NCBI RefSeq assembly: GCF_018350175.1
Contig: NC_058368.1
Location: 63,614,001 to 63,678,000 of the forward strand
DNA length: 64,000 nucleotides
From: Felis catus
Lineage: Eukaryota
Reading direction: 5' to 3'
The notes under the pieces were generated by a model, which saw only the letters and a program-made list of their open reading frames with translations, did not search any database and was not told the origin of the DNA. Within the stretch, counting starts at the first letter, position 1, and the number at the start of each line of letters is the position of its first letter. Shown piece by piece: positions 40,668 through 51,819 of the stretch. The position numbers and the translations under genes were made by a program.

Positions 40668-40790
40668 CTTAAGCAGGCTTCATGCTCAGCACAGATCCCA
40701 ACACGGGGCTTGATCCCACAACCCTGGGATCATGACAGGAGGTGGAACTGAGAGTCGGAAGCTCAACTGACTGAGCCACCCAGGCTCCCC
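40570..40790 (-). mobile_element. Can-SINE with long (GA)n
   Basis: SINE motifs and T tail. Confidence 0.9.
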
Positions 40791-42584
40791 CTCCTTTTTC
40801 CTTTCTTAATGTAATTGATACATATATGATGACAGAATCGTAATAATATAATAGATATCTGCTCTGAATTGTGAGTATTAGGTGTGAGTCATTGTGTTTG
40901 CTCATTAACAATGTGATTTCGGTCAAGTCATTTCCACTTCACTTGAATTAATAAGTTTCATTTGTTAGAAAGAAATTCTTGAGACTTTAGCATTATTAGC
41001 TATTTACATCTGAAAATGAAATACATCTTATGTCATGAGAGCATCTAAACTTTTATCGAAGAGTAAGTTTTAAAATAGGAAAAGAGGTACATGGCTATAG
41101 AAAATGAAATAACATAGGGGAGTAGAGACCTAATCGTACACTGTGCTTCTGGGGCTGAGGTGCATTCAGTATCCTTTGACAGTGATTATGAAGGTACTTG
41201 GGCTTCTTGGGGTAAAAAGTAAAGAGAAACAGGATCTGGTAACAGATAATCGAAAAAGAGATGGAAGCTTATTAAAGTTTAGAAATTCAATAATATAATT
41301 GACTCTAAAGATTTGGTATGGGTAACTTCATATTTAACATTTCAGCCATGCAGTTCAAATAAAATTGCATTGTTTTGAAGTAGGAAATTAACAGATCCAC
41401 AGTACAAATTCTTAGGCATAATAGTAAATTAGCAAAGTTGTTGAATTAAACTGAATGTGGCTTCATTTTCTAAATTCAACATACTTACCAAGACTAATTC
41501 ATGATGTGTTAACCATAGTCAAATAAAAACATTTTAAAAAGTAAAAAAAGTAGATTTATAATATATTCTATTGTATTATAACGATGTAGAATAGACTTAA
41601 ATTGTATAATGACAGAGAGTGGAAGAGAATTTGTTTTTCTGTGGATCTTCTATTCTCACCAGAGGGTAAAATTTAAGGGTAAGAACCCGCTGAAATTATG
41701 TGTGACAAAAAAAGAAGTCAATTCACTGTACTGTATACATTTGCAGAACCAGAAATGAGTATAGGATTTATGCTTTAACTACGGTTAACATGGAAATTGT
41801 AGCCCTAATATATTCTTCTATGGAACCGGACTTTCTCTTTATGCGTTGGGTGTGTATATCAATGCTTAAGATGTTCTGAATAGCAAGAATAATTAGAAAC
41901 TTTTTGACAAAGGATGGGGTTTTATTTACTTCACTTTGGCAGACTTTATACATTTGACATATTTCAGGCTCCTGCTGTGAGATGTATATTGTGTAAACTA
42001 TAAACATATCTTCATTTATGGAGCCACAGATAGCTGTTCTATGGGCAGGATATGTCTTCTAAAATAGATGATCACTTTTACAGTATGGAGAGGGAAATAG
42101 AACACTAATCAATTAATTTGCTAAATTTCCCCTGCTGCGGGTTTCACTTCAGTGTTAAATCCTTCACCACACGTACATGTCTTTCTATAAAGAGCGATGT
42201 GTGGTAAGAGATAGTTGAGCTGCCATTACTTGGATGCGTAGGAAAACCACTTTCTATAATCCATTACAAATTCAGCATGACTATCCATTACTTACTCCTA
42301 AAAGGTTCTTTTGTAAAACTTTCTAAATAATTCACTAGAACTTTAGTAAATAGTGCAGTTAGATTTCTATCAGGACATACTGAACAGGAATTCTCTCAGG
42401 CTCTTTCTTGAAAAGACAGACTGAGGATGGGAAACAGTATTTCAGAATTGAAAAATAGCTTGTAAAGAAGCTTTATACGTATATCACATAGCCTTTAGTA
42501 TTGCTACCTGTTAAGTTTTTGGAATTTCTGCTTAGTGTTTTTAGTGTATTATAGGCTACTATTATCATAATAGTTTTCAGAACT

Positions 42585-42930
42585 ATAGTTTCTGTTAGTT
42601 GCAGACAACTGTATTTGATTCTGTCATGCTTAAACTAAAAAGGAGATTAGTTGGAAAAAACTTGAAGTGCTCTCAGTTTAGAAGGAAATGTTGAACTGAG
42701 CTTAAGAAAGAAAAGAACAAGGCAACAAGAATGTTTAGCTAGTTTGTGGACATTTTCTCTAGAACCTTGTCCTAAACATGACAGCAGCAATCACTTCCAG
42801 GCTCTTTGTTTTTCTGTTGAAATTTCAAATTCTGGGAGAGATAATCATATTGACTTAGTTTGAGTCAGGTATCTATTCCATTGGATCAATCAGCTGTAGC
42901 CAGTGGCCCAGATCACATTGTATACACTTC
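42585..42930. mobile_element. Old MLT1J/K-like LTR relic
   Basis: tgttagttgcagaca...gcttaaac.aaaaaggag.tt..ttgg and tcaaattctgggagag...attg.cttagtttgagtcaggt...tggatcaatcagctgtagcca. Confidence 0.5.
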
Positions 42931-43694
42931 ACCACTTGGGGAGTTGGATGGCTGCACGTTTCGTGCCCAGTGTCCTCTAACTATTGGCTACCCAAACCTT
43001 GTGTATTTACCATACCTTCCCCCTTGGCGACAGTTGAATACGGAACTTCTACCCTGACTCCCAGCTTACAGACTCAGAGCCTTTTGCATCAAGGAGACCA
43101 GATATTATTGGGGAAGGACTCAGTTTTACCTTCACTGGATCGTTCTATGAATTCTCCTGTAAGACTTACCAAATAAGACTTTGAACTAGAAGGCTGTACC
43201 TTGCAAAAAGTGGAGTGCCCAAACTTTGGGGTTACATTGGTTAATAGATCTGTGTTAAAACGAATTCCTGTGGCCCTTGAATCACTGTGCTCCAATTCAG
43301 TGATTAAGCTATGGTAAAATATTAACAGTGTTTTTATCTAAACAAAAATTACTACTATGATTATAATAAACACAATTGGATGGTGACCTCAGTTCAGCTA
43401 CAGTCAATCCTAGATGTGGTCTTGAAGCAAATTCATAGAGCTCCCAATATTTTATATGACAAAATAGTCTATATTCTTATACACAGGAATCATGAAAAGC
43501 AACTGTCAGTTATCTAAAAGAGGGCAGTATTTCTCTGACTTTCCCACAGCGCACCTCCAGATCCACTACATAAATAATGCCATGATGATGAGATCTAAAG
43601 AGCAGGAAAGAACACGACAGGGGATAGAGAGAAGTCCCTGGGAAACAAGGAGGCTCCCATGTCAATGCAGTCCCTGTGGTCAAGTCATCTAGGA

Positions 43695-43840
43695 CAGTGC
43701 TTCTCCGATTTCAGTGTGCATACAAATCACCTGAGTATATTATTAAAATACAAATTCTGATTCAGTAAATCTGAGGATCTGCATTTCTAACAAGTTCCTA
43801 AGTGATATGTTGCTAGTTCCTAAATTACACTTGAAGACAT
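43695..43840. mobile_element. MER5A-like DNA transposon relic
   Basis: cagtgcttctc...gtgcatacaaatcacctg...aaattctgattcagta..tctg...atctgcatttctaacaagttcc. Confidence 0.8.
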
Positions 43841-43849
43841 ATAGCTGAT

Positions 43850-44330
43850 CTGTTGGGATGTTTCCTCCAAAACGAATTATTCTTGCCGGGAAGTCATAGT
43901 GACAGATAAGATTTTGGATCTTGGATAGTCTGATTTTAGCCATTTACTATGTCCTTTAATAGACTGTTACATTTGAGTTGGGTACAAAGCCAAAGAAGGG
44001 TCTCTAGCTGGCCCAGGTTCCAGTACCAGTGGTTCTGCCATTCAGGCCTGTATGATGTATGAAGTTTATGGCAAGCTTTCATGGAAAAATCTAGAAGAGA
44101 CACTTGGGGTATAGGATTAAGGCCAAATATCCTTTAGAAGATGTCATTTTTTTGTTTTTGGCTCCAGTGTTTATGGGAAATTAGGTGACCATTTAATCCA
44201 GTCTGCCATCATACACTAAGGTGCTACAGATAATTTAGCTGTAAAGTCAGGGCTACTCAGCAGCTTCCCATAATAAGTAGAATTGGTTTGTGTGATCAAA
44301 CCCCAGAGGGCCCCCAAGGACATGAGTTGA
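43850..44330 (+). pseudogene. Decayed ERVL pol fragment (RT connection/RNase H region)
   Basis: Broken translation FELG..K.L..AQV.V..VLP and MGN*VTI...II...KVRATQQ.PII...DQTPEGPQG resembles ERVL pol FEWGPEQEKALQQVQAAV..LP and MGHQVT...HKVG.AQQHSII...AGPEG as recalled. Many stops and frameshifts. Confidence 0.6.
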
Positions 44331-44996
44331 GTGTTGCTTTGTGGGAAGATCAGAGAAATACTGCTCTTCTTCAGGTAAATGACTATTGCTTTTTGTGATT
44401 CCTGTGTATAAGAATGAAGACAATTTTTGCCATATAAAATACTGGAAGATCTATAAATTTGCTTCAGTTAGAAGACCACATCTAGGATTGATTGTAGCTG
44501 AATTGAAGGAACCTTCCGATTGTGTTTGTTATAATCATAGTAATACTTTTTATTTAGATAAAAGTATGGTTAATGTTATCATAGCCTAATTACTGAATTG
44601 GAGTTCAGTGATCCAGGATCCACAGGAATTCATTTTAACACAGATCTATTAACCAATATAACCCCAAAGTTTGGGCATTCCTCTTTTTGCAAGGTATAAC
44701 CTTCTAGTTCAAGGTCCTTTTTGGTAAGGCTTAAAGGTTAAAGGAGAGTTCATAGTACAGTCTAGTGAAGGTAAAACTGAGTCCTTCCTCAATAACATCT
44801 GGCTTCCTCTTGATGCAAAAGAGTCTGGGTCTGTGACCTGGGAGTTAGGCTAGAAGCTTTGTCCTCTAGGCTCATCATTCAAGTAAGGCCTTTGTAAGTT
44901 AACACTGAAATTGTTTTGTTTTACAATAATTAATTAAGACCCTAGGGGATGTTAAATGATTTTATTTCCGAAGATCTCTTGATGAATTAATTGTAT

Positions 44997-45072
44997 TCGG
45001 GAATCTTTGTATGTCAAACTATTCGGTGTACCCTCGGGAATCTTTGTGTGTCAAACTATTCAGTGTACCCTC
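44997..45072. repeat. 37-bp tandem duplication
   Basis: tcgggaatctttgt(a/g)tgtcaaactattc(g/a)gtgtaccc at 44997 and 45034. Confidence 0.92.
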
Positions 45073-45454
45073 ACGACTACTCCAGCCCTATTGCTTGTTA
45101 TGATGCGCATGCCCACTTGGCTTCTGGTAATTAAATGCCTCCTCCTGAGCTTGGGCATCCTGGGCTCCTGTGTGATTTCCAGCAGGTTTGGCGTTCACAT
45201 TAAACTTACCCAGTAACATTTCTGCCCTAGAAGTAATAGTTGGTCAGTCACTATTGAAAATTTGGATTGTCTTAACTTGTCTTAACACTATCCCTTTTAA
45301 CGAGGGAGTGGAGAACATTGTAGATTGATATTCAATTATATATGTCATACCTTCCCTGAATTTATTGTTCATCATTAATATTATCTTCATATGTATTTTT
45401 AGAGACAGCATTGTCAAATTAAAGCTAAGTTTTAGTTTAGAAAGTGGCAGTTCA

Positions 45455-45675
45455 GGGGCGCCTGGGTGGCGCAGTCGGTTAAGCGTCCGACTTCAGCCAG
45501 GTCACAATCTTGCGGTCCGTGAGTTCGAGCCCCGCGTCAGGCTCTGGGCTGATGGCTCAGAGCCTGGAGCCTGTTTCCGATTCTGTGTCTCCCTCTCTCT
45601 CTGCCCCTCCCCTGTTCATGCTCTGTCTCTCTCTGTCCCAAAAATAAATAAAAAAACGTTGAAAAAAAAATTTAA
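45455..45675 (+). mobile_element. Young SINEC_Fc-type Can-SINE
   Basis: TSD aaagtggcagttca at 45441-45454 and 45676-45689. Confidence 0.95.
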
Positions 45676-45989
45676 AAAGTGGCAGTTCATTTGCTTTTGT
45701 AGTACATTTTGTAGAATGCATTTTTTTGTTAAATGAGCTCTCTTCTCTATAATGTTTTGACATTCTTTTTTTTTTTTTTTTTTTTTTTTTTTGGTATTCA
45801 CCCAATGATATCTCATTTGCTTCTTAGGTTAATTGCTGATGTATTGAAGAGAGCACTGTGACATATTGGGAAGTGATGTGATAGAAGGGAACACACAGCA
45901 TCAGAAACAAAGCAGCAGGTCCTGACTCTGTCTCTCACCAGCTCAGTGAGCTTGGAAGGGGTCTCAACTTCTTTGGACCTTAATTTCTT

Positions 45990-45990
<1 letters not shown>

Positions 45991-46033
<43 letters not shown>
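45991..46033. repeat. (AC)n microsatellite
   Basis: Perfect AC run. Confidence 0.95.
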
Positions 46034-46037
<4 letters not shown>

Positions 46038-46827
46038 AGGAGAAGAAAATATTTTCTCTATCTGATAGGATTTTTTGCTTTACTTAGGATAATTTAAATC
46101 TTATGTATGTCAGGAAGTCTTTATAAGCCCACTCTGCAAGCCAAGCTCTGTTCTCGCTCAAAATCCGCAAGAAGCAATTAATAATAAGCTGTGTGTTAGG
46201 GCTCTAAATTCTGAGAAAACTTAATAACATTTGTAAAAAATCAAAGAAACAAAATTATTTTGAACACAGTTACAATATGTGTATACCTGGTTGTGTGCAT
46301 ATATGTGTTCATGTAGGCATGAACATTCCTGTTTTGAGAGAGGTTGGAGAAGGTGTAGCAAAGAAGAGGCATATTTTTCTGCTTGTTTTTGCATATTTTA
46401 TCGGGAAATATGATTTTTAATGATTTTTCGTTTAAAATAGTGGAGCTATCTCTCAGGATAGAGAGTAGTCCAAAAATGGAAAACAGGGTGCTTTAATTGA
46501 GAGACCATTGATTAAATAAACAGGTACTGAAGGCTTGCTGTATTCCTTGATATTTTATAGGTACAGTGACAGTATTTGTACTTTTCCGGCCTCTCAAGTG
46601 TAATACTTCCTAGAACAAACAAGGACAATTAAGGGTAATTTGTATGATCTGACGATAAAAGTAGAATTTCTGATTTTTTAAGGCAGAATTAAGTAATATT
46701 CTAGTTGTAAAAGGAAATCTTCTTTTTCACCCTCAACTCTCTGCCCACTACAAACCATGCCAACTCAGTGGGAAAACTAATCCCTTAAAAAATGCTTCTC
46801 TAAAGTCAGTGAACACTACTGTATTCT

Positions 46828-46993
46828 ATGCTTGCTACTCAAAGTATGGTTTACAGACCAGCAATGTGGGCATCTCCTGAGAGGTTCTAAGAAAAGCAGA
46901 CTCTCAGGCCCTACCCCAGGACTACTGAATCATTATCCTCATTTTAGCAAGATGATGTGATGCTTATGCACATTAAAGTTTGAGAAGCACCAC
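46828..46993. mobile_element. MER5A-like DNA transposon relic
   Basis: ctactcaaagtatggt...gaccagca...gcagactctcaggccc.accccag..ctactgaatca...tgcacattaaagtttgagaagcac. Confidence 0.85.
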
Positions 46994-48809
46994 TCTGGAT
47001 CACATAATACAATCTGGGGTTCAGATTTGAAAATTTTCCAAGTAATTTGACATGTTTGTTCCTCTACCTGTACTAACTACCCCACCCCCCTCCATCTCTT
47101 ATATGTTGCTTTTTCAACCTTTCCCATCTCAAAACAAAAGATTAAAAACAAGTAAACTAGTAACAGTAATACCAACATACTGTGGTCTTTCTTTTTTTCT
47201 TCTTCCAACTAACATCCTAAAATGTTCAGTTTCCTATCTGTCTATAGTTACCTCGGTAACTAAGATTCTAACGTTAGTAATTTCTCTTTTCTCTTTCTTA
47301 TTAGACTAACCACTGGGCTCATTCCAATTCCCACCCCTACTCTGTTCCTTCATGATTAATTGGTCTTTACCAATGAATCACTTTCTTTAACAGAACCCTG
47401 CAATTTACAATTTCACTCTCTATTCAAGCCAAACTGCTTCTCAAATAGACACCGACCTCCTTTTCCTCCTCACTGAACCTTTTAAATATATTTGAATAAA
47501 ACTTAATGTAGCAAAATAGTTTTAGTTATGTTAAACCCATTGGGTTCTTTTAAAGGTCTTTTCAGAAACCCTCAAATAATACTAAATAGTCAGCTTCACG
47601 GTTGGTTATTTGTTAGACTAACTTTGATACCAGCTTGCCAGGGCTAGGGAGGGGAAAAAGCTAAGAAATAATTAGAAAATTTCTAAGACTAGCTATCTCC
47701 TACTCTTGGTGTCTTTGGAGCCAACACAAAACAAAGCCAGATGAACTCTGCTCAGTTAAAGCTATTTTTTGAAAAGTGAAAACAAACAAACCCTGCTCCC
47801 CCAATATGGTGTCTTTAAGATAAACCTTAACAGGAAGGATAAGAATGCCTACCATTTAGTTATGAATATGAGAAAGAGGGTGAGCAAACTGGAATGTGAC
47901 ATCAAGTTCTGGACCCAGAGGCTTTATACTGGATGGGTAAAACAAAGGTTATTCTGTTGACTGTAGTGAACAGAGAAGTAATAGAGGGTTGGGTTGGGTT
48001 GAAGAATGGTTCATGGGTTCTCTTAACATGCTGCATGGAGTGATTCTCTGTGTTAAGGTTGTATTCCTACAGAACAAAATCTGTGACTGATTTGGGGGCT
48101 GAAGAATTGAAAATTGTGTAAGGTGTGTCTGAAAAATAAAAATAAACAAATTGAACTTTGACTCAGGCTTGATATCTTTATAGCACTGTTTCATGGAATA
48201 GTTTGTTTTCGAAGAGGTTTAACCTTTAACCATGTCATTGGTAAATCTTACCTCTATTTCTCCTTTGTACATCAGACAATATCCATCAGATAAAGCTCGT
48301 CTTTTGTATCCCTTCAGGGGTCTATTTCTTATCCTTAATTTTTTCCTCATTGCAAGAACCCAGTATGTTAATATTTTCCAATCAAATAATGTCATCAGAA
48401 AGTATTTGCCAAGCAACTGCCTTGAGTAACATTTTAACATGGGGCATTTGAAGAGATTTCTCTGGTGATATTTACACTATAGCTAAGGAGATAGTTCTAT
48501 AGAATAGTGTAGAAGATAGTGTGTTCAGAGGAATTGCATTATATACATACTTAATTCCACTATAAGTTTTGAGTAGAAGGAGAGAGATTGAGAAAGAAAT
48601 ACATATAACAAATTAAATTGTTCCATTCATAGAAAGAGTATGACCCAGTGAATATATAAGGTGGGATAAATGGACCTGGTATTCTAAGTTTCCATATTCC
48701 TATTATGGTATCTCTGGTCTTGATGGTTTTCTTGGTATGAAGCATCTCCTTGATTTGAGTTTGATGTAGAACTGAGATTTTTTTCTTTTATGACTGACTT
48801 AAGATGTTT

Positions 48810-49030
48810 ACTTTTTTAAATATTTGTTTATTTTTGAGAGAGAAACACAGAGTGTGAGTGGGTGAGGGGCAGAGAGAGGGGGAGACCCAGAATCCAAAGC
48901 AGGCTCAGGGCTCCCAGCTGTCAGCACAGAGACAGATGCGGGGCTTGAACCCACGAACCATGAGATCAGGAGATCACGACCTGAGCCAAAGTCGGGTGCT
49001 TAACTGACTGAGCCACTTAACTGACTGATT
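48810..49030 (-). mobile_element. Can-SINE with rearranged 5' junction
   Basis: SINE body flanked by tgactga(c/t)ttaagatgttt. Confidence 0.88.
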
Positions 49031-49319
49031 TAAGATGTTTTAAAGGATTGTTAAGACAATACTATACTTGATTTTCATGATTTTCACTTTATACCCAAAC
49101 AATATTATAAGGTACTCTTTTCTAATGCCAAAATGTGTCATTTGCTAGAGGAGAATAGAAGAATGAAGTATTTTCTCAGGGAAGTTGGAGCAATTTGAGT
49201 TGGGTCTTAAAGGAAAGATAGACATAAATGGTACAAGATAAAGTCTGAGCCTGTTGATGAGTAGTGTGCATGAATAAGTGAGTTAATACAAGTGGCTAAG
49301 TTAGACTCAACCAAATTCT

Positions 49320-49533
49320 TTTTTTAAGTTTCTTTATTTATTTTGAGGCAGAGAGAGAAAGAGACAGACAGAGAGAGGGAGTAAGCAGGGGAAGGGCAGA
49401 GAGAGGTCTCAAATAGGTTTTGCACTGTCACTGCAGAGCATGATGTGTGGCTCTAACCCACGAACCATGAGATCATGACCTGAGTCGAAATCAAGAGTCA
49501 GATGCTTAACCCACTGAGTTACCCACACATCCC
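49320..49533 (-). mobile_element. Can-SINE
   Basis: TSD tagactcaac(c/t)aa(a/g)ttctt. Confidence 0.88.
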
Positions 49534-49983
49534 TAGACTCAACTAAGTTCTTTCTGCTTTTAAAAGTTGTTTCAATTTAAATAAAGAATGCTCACAAAAA
49601 CCACTGAAATAATTTTCCATGCTACTTCAACTTTTTTGTTTATTCCAAATGAGTACATTTTAAAGTTGTTGTAGTTGCCATCATATATGGCATCCTATAG
49701 TCTGGGAAGCTAAGCCCCCCAACCTTTACTTTTTAAATAAGATAAGTGTTTGCGTTAGGAACATTTTAGCAAAATCTAATTGTTCTGGATCAACAGAAAT
49801 GTGGTTACGGATACAAAAATACTTGCTGTTACTGTTAACCAATTTAATTATCTCTGAGTACAGACATAGGAAAATTAAGAGCAGGGATGGGAAGGAGATT
49901 TGCCTTCCATTGTACATTCTTAAGTATTTCTGGAAGTTTGTACCACATGCACATGTAAATTATTTAAAAAGGGGGTTGTCACC

Positions 49984-50192
49984 GGGGTGCCTGGATGGCT
50001 TGGTCAGTTAAGCGTCCGACTTCGGCTCAGATCATGATCTCATGGCCCCGCATTGAGCTCTGTGCTGACAGCTTGGTACCTGGAGCCTGCTTCAGTTTCT
50101 GTGTCTCCCTCCCTCTCTTCCCCTCCCTGGCTAGTGCTCTGTCTGTGTATCTCAAAAATGAATAGAAATGTTTAAACATTTTTTAAAAAATA
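49984..50192 (+). mobile_element. Can-SINE with internal deletion
   Basis: TSD aaagggg(g/a)ttgtcacc. Confidence 0.9.
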
Positions 50193-51179
50193 AAGGGGAT
50201 TGTCACCGAAGTTGGTTATAATATTATTTATATACCCATGTGCTTTGTATGTTTAGTTAAATGACAAATGAATAAGATTGACTGCTTCTTTGGTAAAGAG
50301 TTGTTATTATTGTGGTGGTAAAGGATGGCACATGTACATAATTTCTGCACAGTTTGAAGAGTTGGCGGAGAGGCACATCGGAGTAAGGAGTTGAGAGGAT
50401 GTTATGTTGCGATGATGGATGGAAAGAGAGTAAGATGTGTGAATTGGAGAGATATGTGCCAGGATGAGTCACTGGGTACTTTGCCTGGTAGTGGAGAGAA
50501 GAAGCTTCAAGCTTTCAGGCCTGGTCACTGGGAAAATGGAGAGTGCCACTGAGAAATAGGACATTTCAGATTTAGTTCCCTGGGAAAGGTCCCAATTTGG
50601 GGTTTTAAATAAAATAGGCAGCTGGTGAACTAGGACTTTTAGGTAGCACTCCTTCAGGGTTTTATTTGTTGTTTTCTATTCAATTTCCATCCTTATCAAG
50701 ACTTTTTAGCTCTTAGATTCATTTATGTAACCTAGGTAGGTACTAGTTAAGCAGTAGGGGAAACTGGTTATGAATAAATATTTGTTGACTATTGGTATTG
50801 TTACTCAACTTGTATTTGAATCAGGTCTTCACTTTTTTAGCACAATAGGAGGAAATATATATGTTTGAAGAAAAGATAGATATGTATTAAATGTATGTAA
50901 CTTATTTTACAGTCTACCTAGGTCCAGTCCAGAGAGAAATCACTAAATGTGCAATCTGTTTTACTCAAGAAAAACAGTCGGAACTTTCTTCTTTGCCTCG
51001 TGTCTAGCTGCCCTGAACTTGTCACTTTTCCCAAAACAAGCCGTGTCCCTTCATTACTCCCTCCTTTGCACCTCGTGTCTGGAATAATATTTCACTGCTC
51101 ACTTTAACTTTTTGCCATTTCAAACTTCTATTCTTCTTTCACAATTCAGTTCAAATTTCCCTGTAAGACTTATCCACAT

Positions 51180-51617
51180 TGTATCTGTTTCAGTGTATTT
51201 TATTTCTGTAACAAGTGACCACAAACCCAGTGACTTAAAATGACAAAAATTGATTTTCTCATCACTGTGGAGGCCAGGGGTCCAAAATCAAAGTGCCATG
51301 GGGCCGTGCTCCCTGCAGTGGCTCCAGAGAGAGTCTGTTCCTTGCCTCTTCCAGCTCCTGGTAGCTCCAGCTATTTCTCGGCTTGTGACTGACCAACTCC
51401 AATCTCTGCCTTCCTCTTCACATCTCCTCTGTGTTGGTGTCTTCATTTATTCTGTCTCCTATATGTCATTGCGTTTAGGGCCCATCAAAGTATCTTACGA
51501 TGTTCTCGTCTCAAGATCCTTAATTTCATCTTGAAAGATCCCTTTTTTCAAATAAGTTCATGGTCAAAGATTCTAGGGGGACATATTGTTTGCGGGACCA
51601 CTGTTCAACCCACTGCA
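51180..51617 (-). mobile_element. MLT1C/D-like LTR
   Basis: tgtaacaagtgaccacaaac..agtgacttaaaa...tggaggccag..gtccaaaatcaa...tgttccttgcctcttccagctcctggt...ttcaacccact.ca. Confidence 0.8.
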
Positions 51618-51819
51618 CTCATCATTTGATGTCTGTTGAGCAGCTAACAGTTCCTCTTGTATCATTTCATGGGGCTTCATTCATATCTCTATTTTAGCAC
51701 TCTGTATATTACATTTATGTATTCACTTCTTCCTTGCTAGGTTAGAAAGCTCCTTGATGGATGGTTTTTGACTTCTTTTTTCTCATTCCTTGAAAAAGGA
51801 AACCTCTGGCACATTGTCA

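Larger units (their letters stand above)
43046..44856. repeat. Long inverted repeat: arms about 43046-43550 and 44338-44856, spacer about 790 bp
   Basis: Left gcccaaactttggggttacattggttaatagatctgtgttaaaa is the near-exact reverse complement of right ttttaacacagatctattaaccaatataaccccaaagtttgggc. The match is collinear along the whole arm. Confidence 0.93.
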
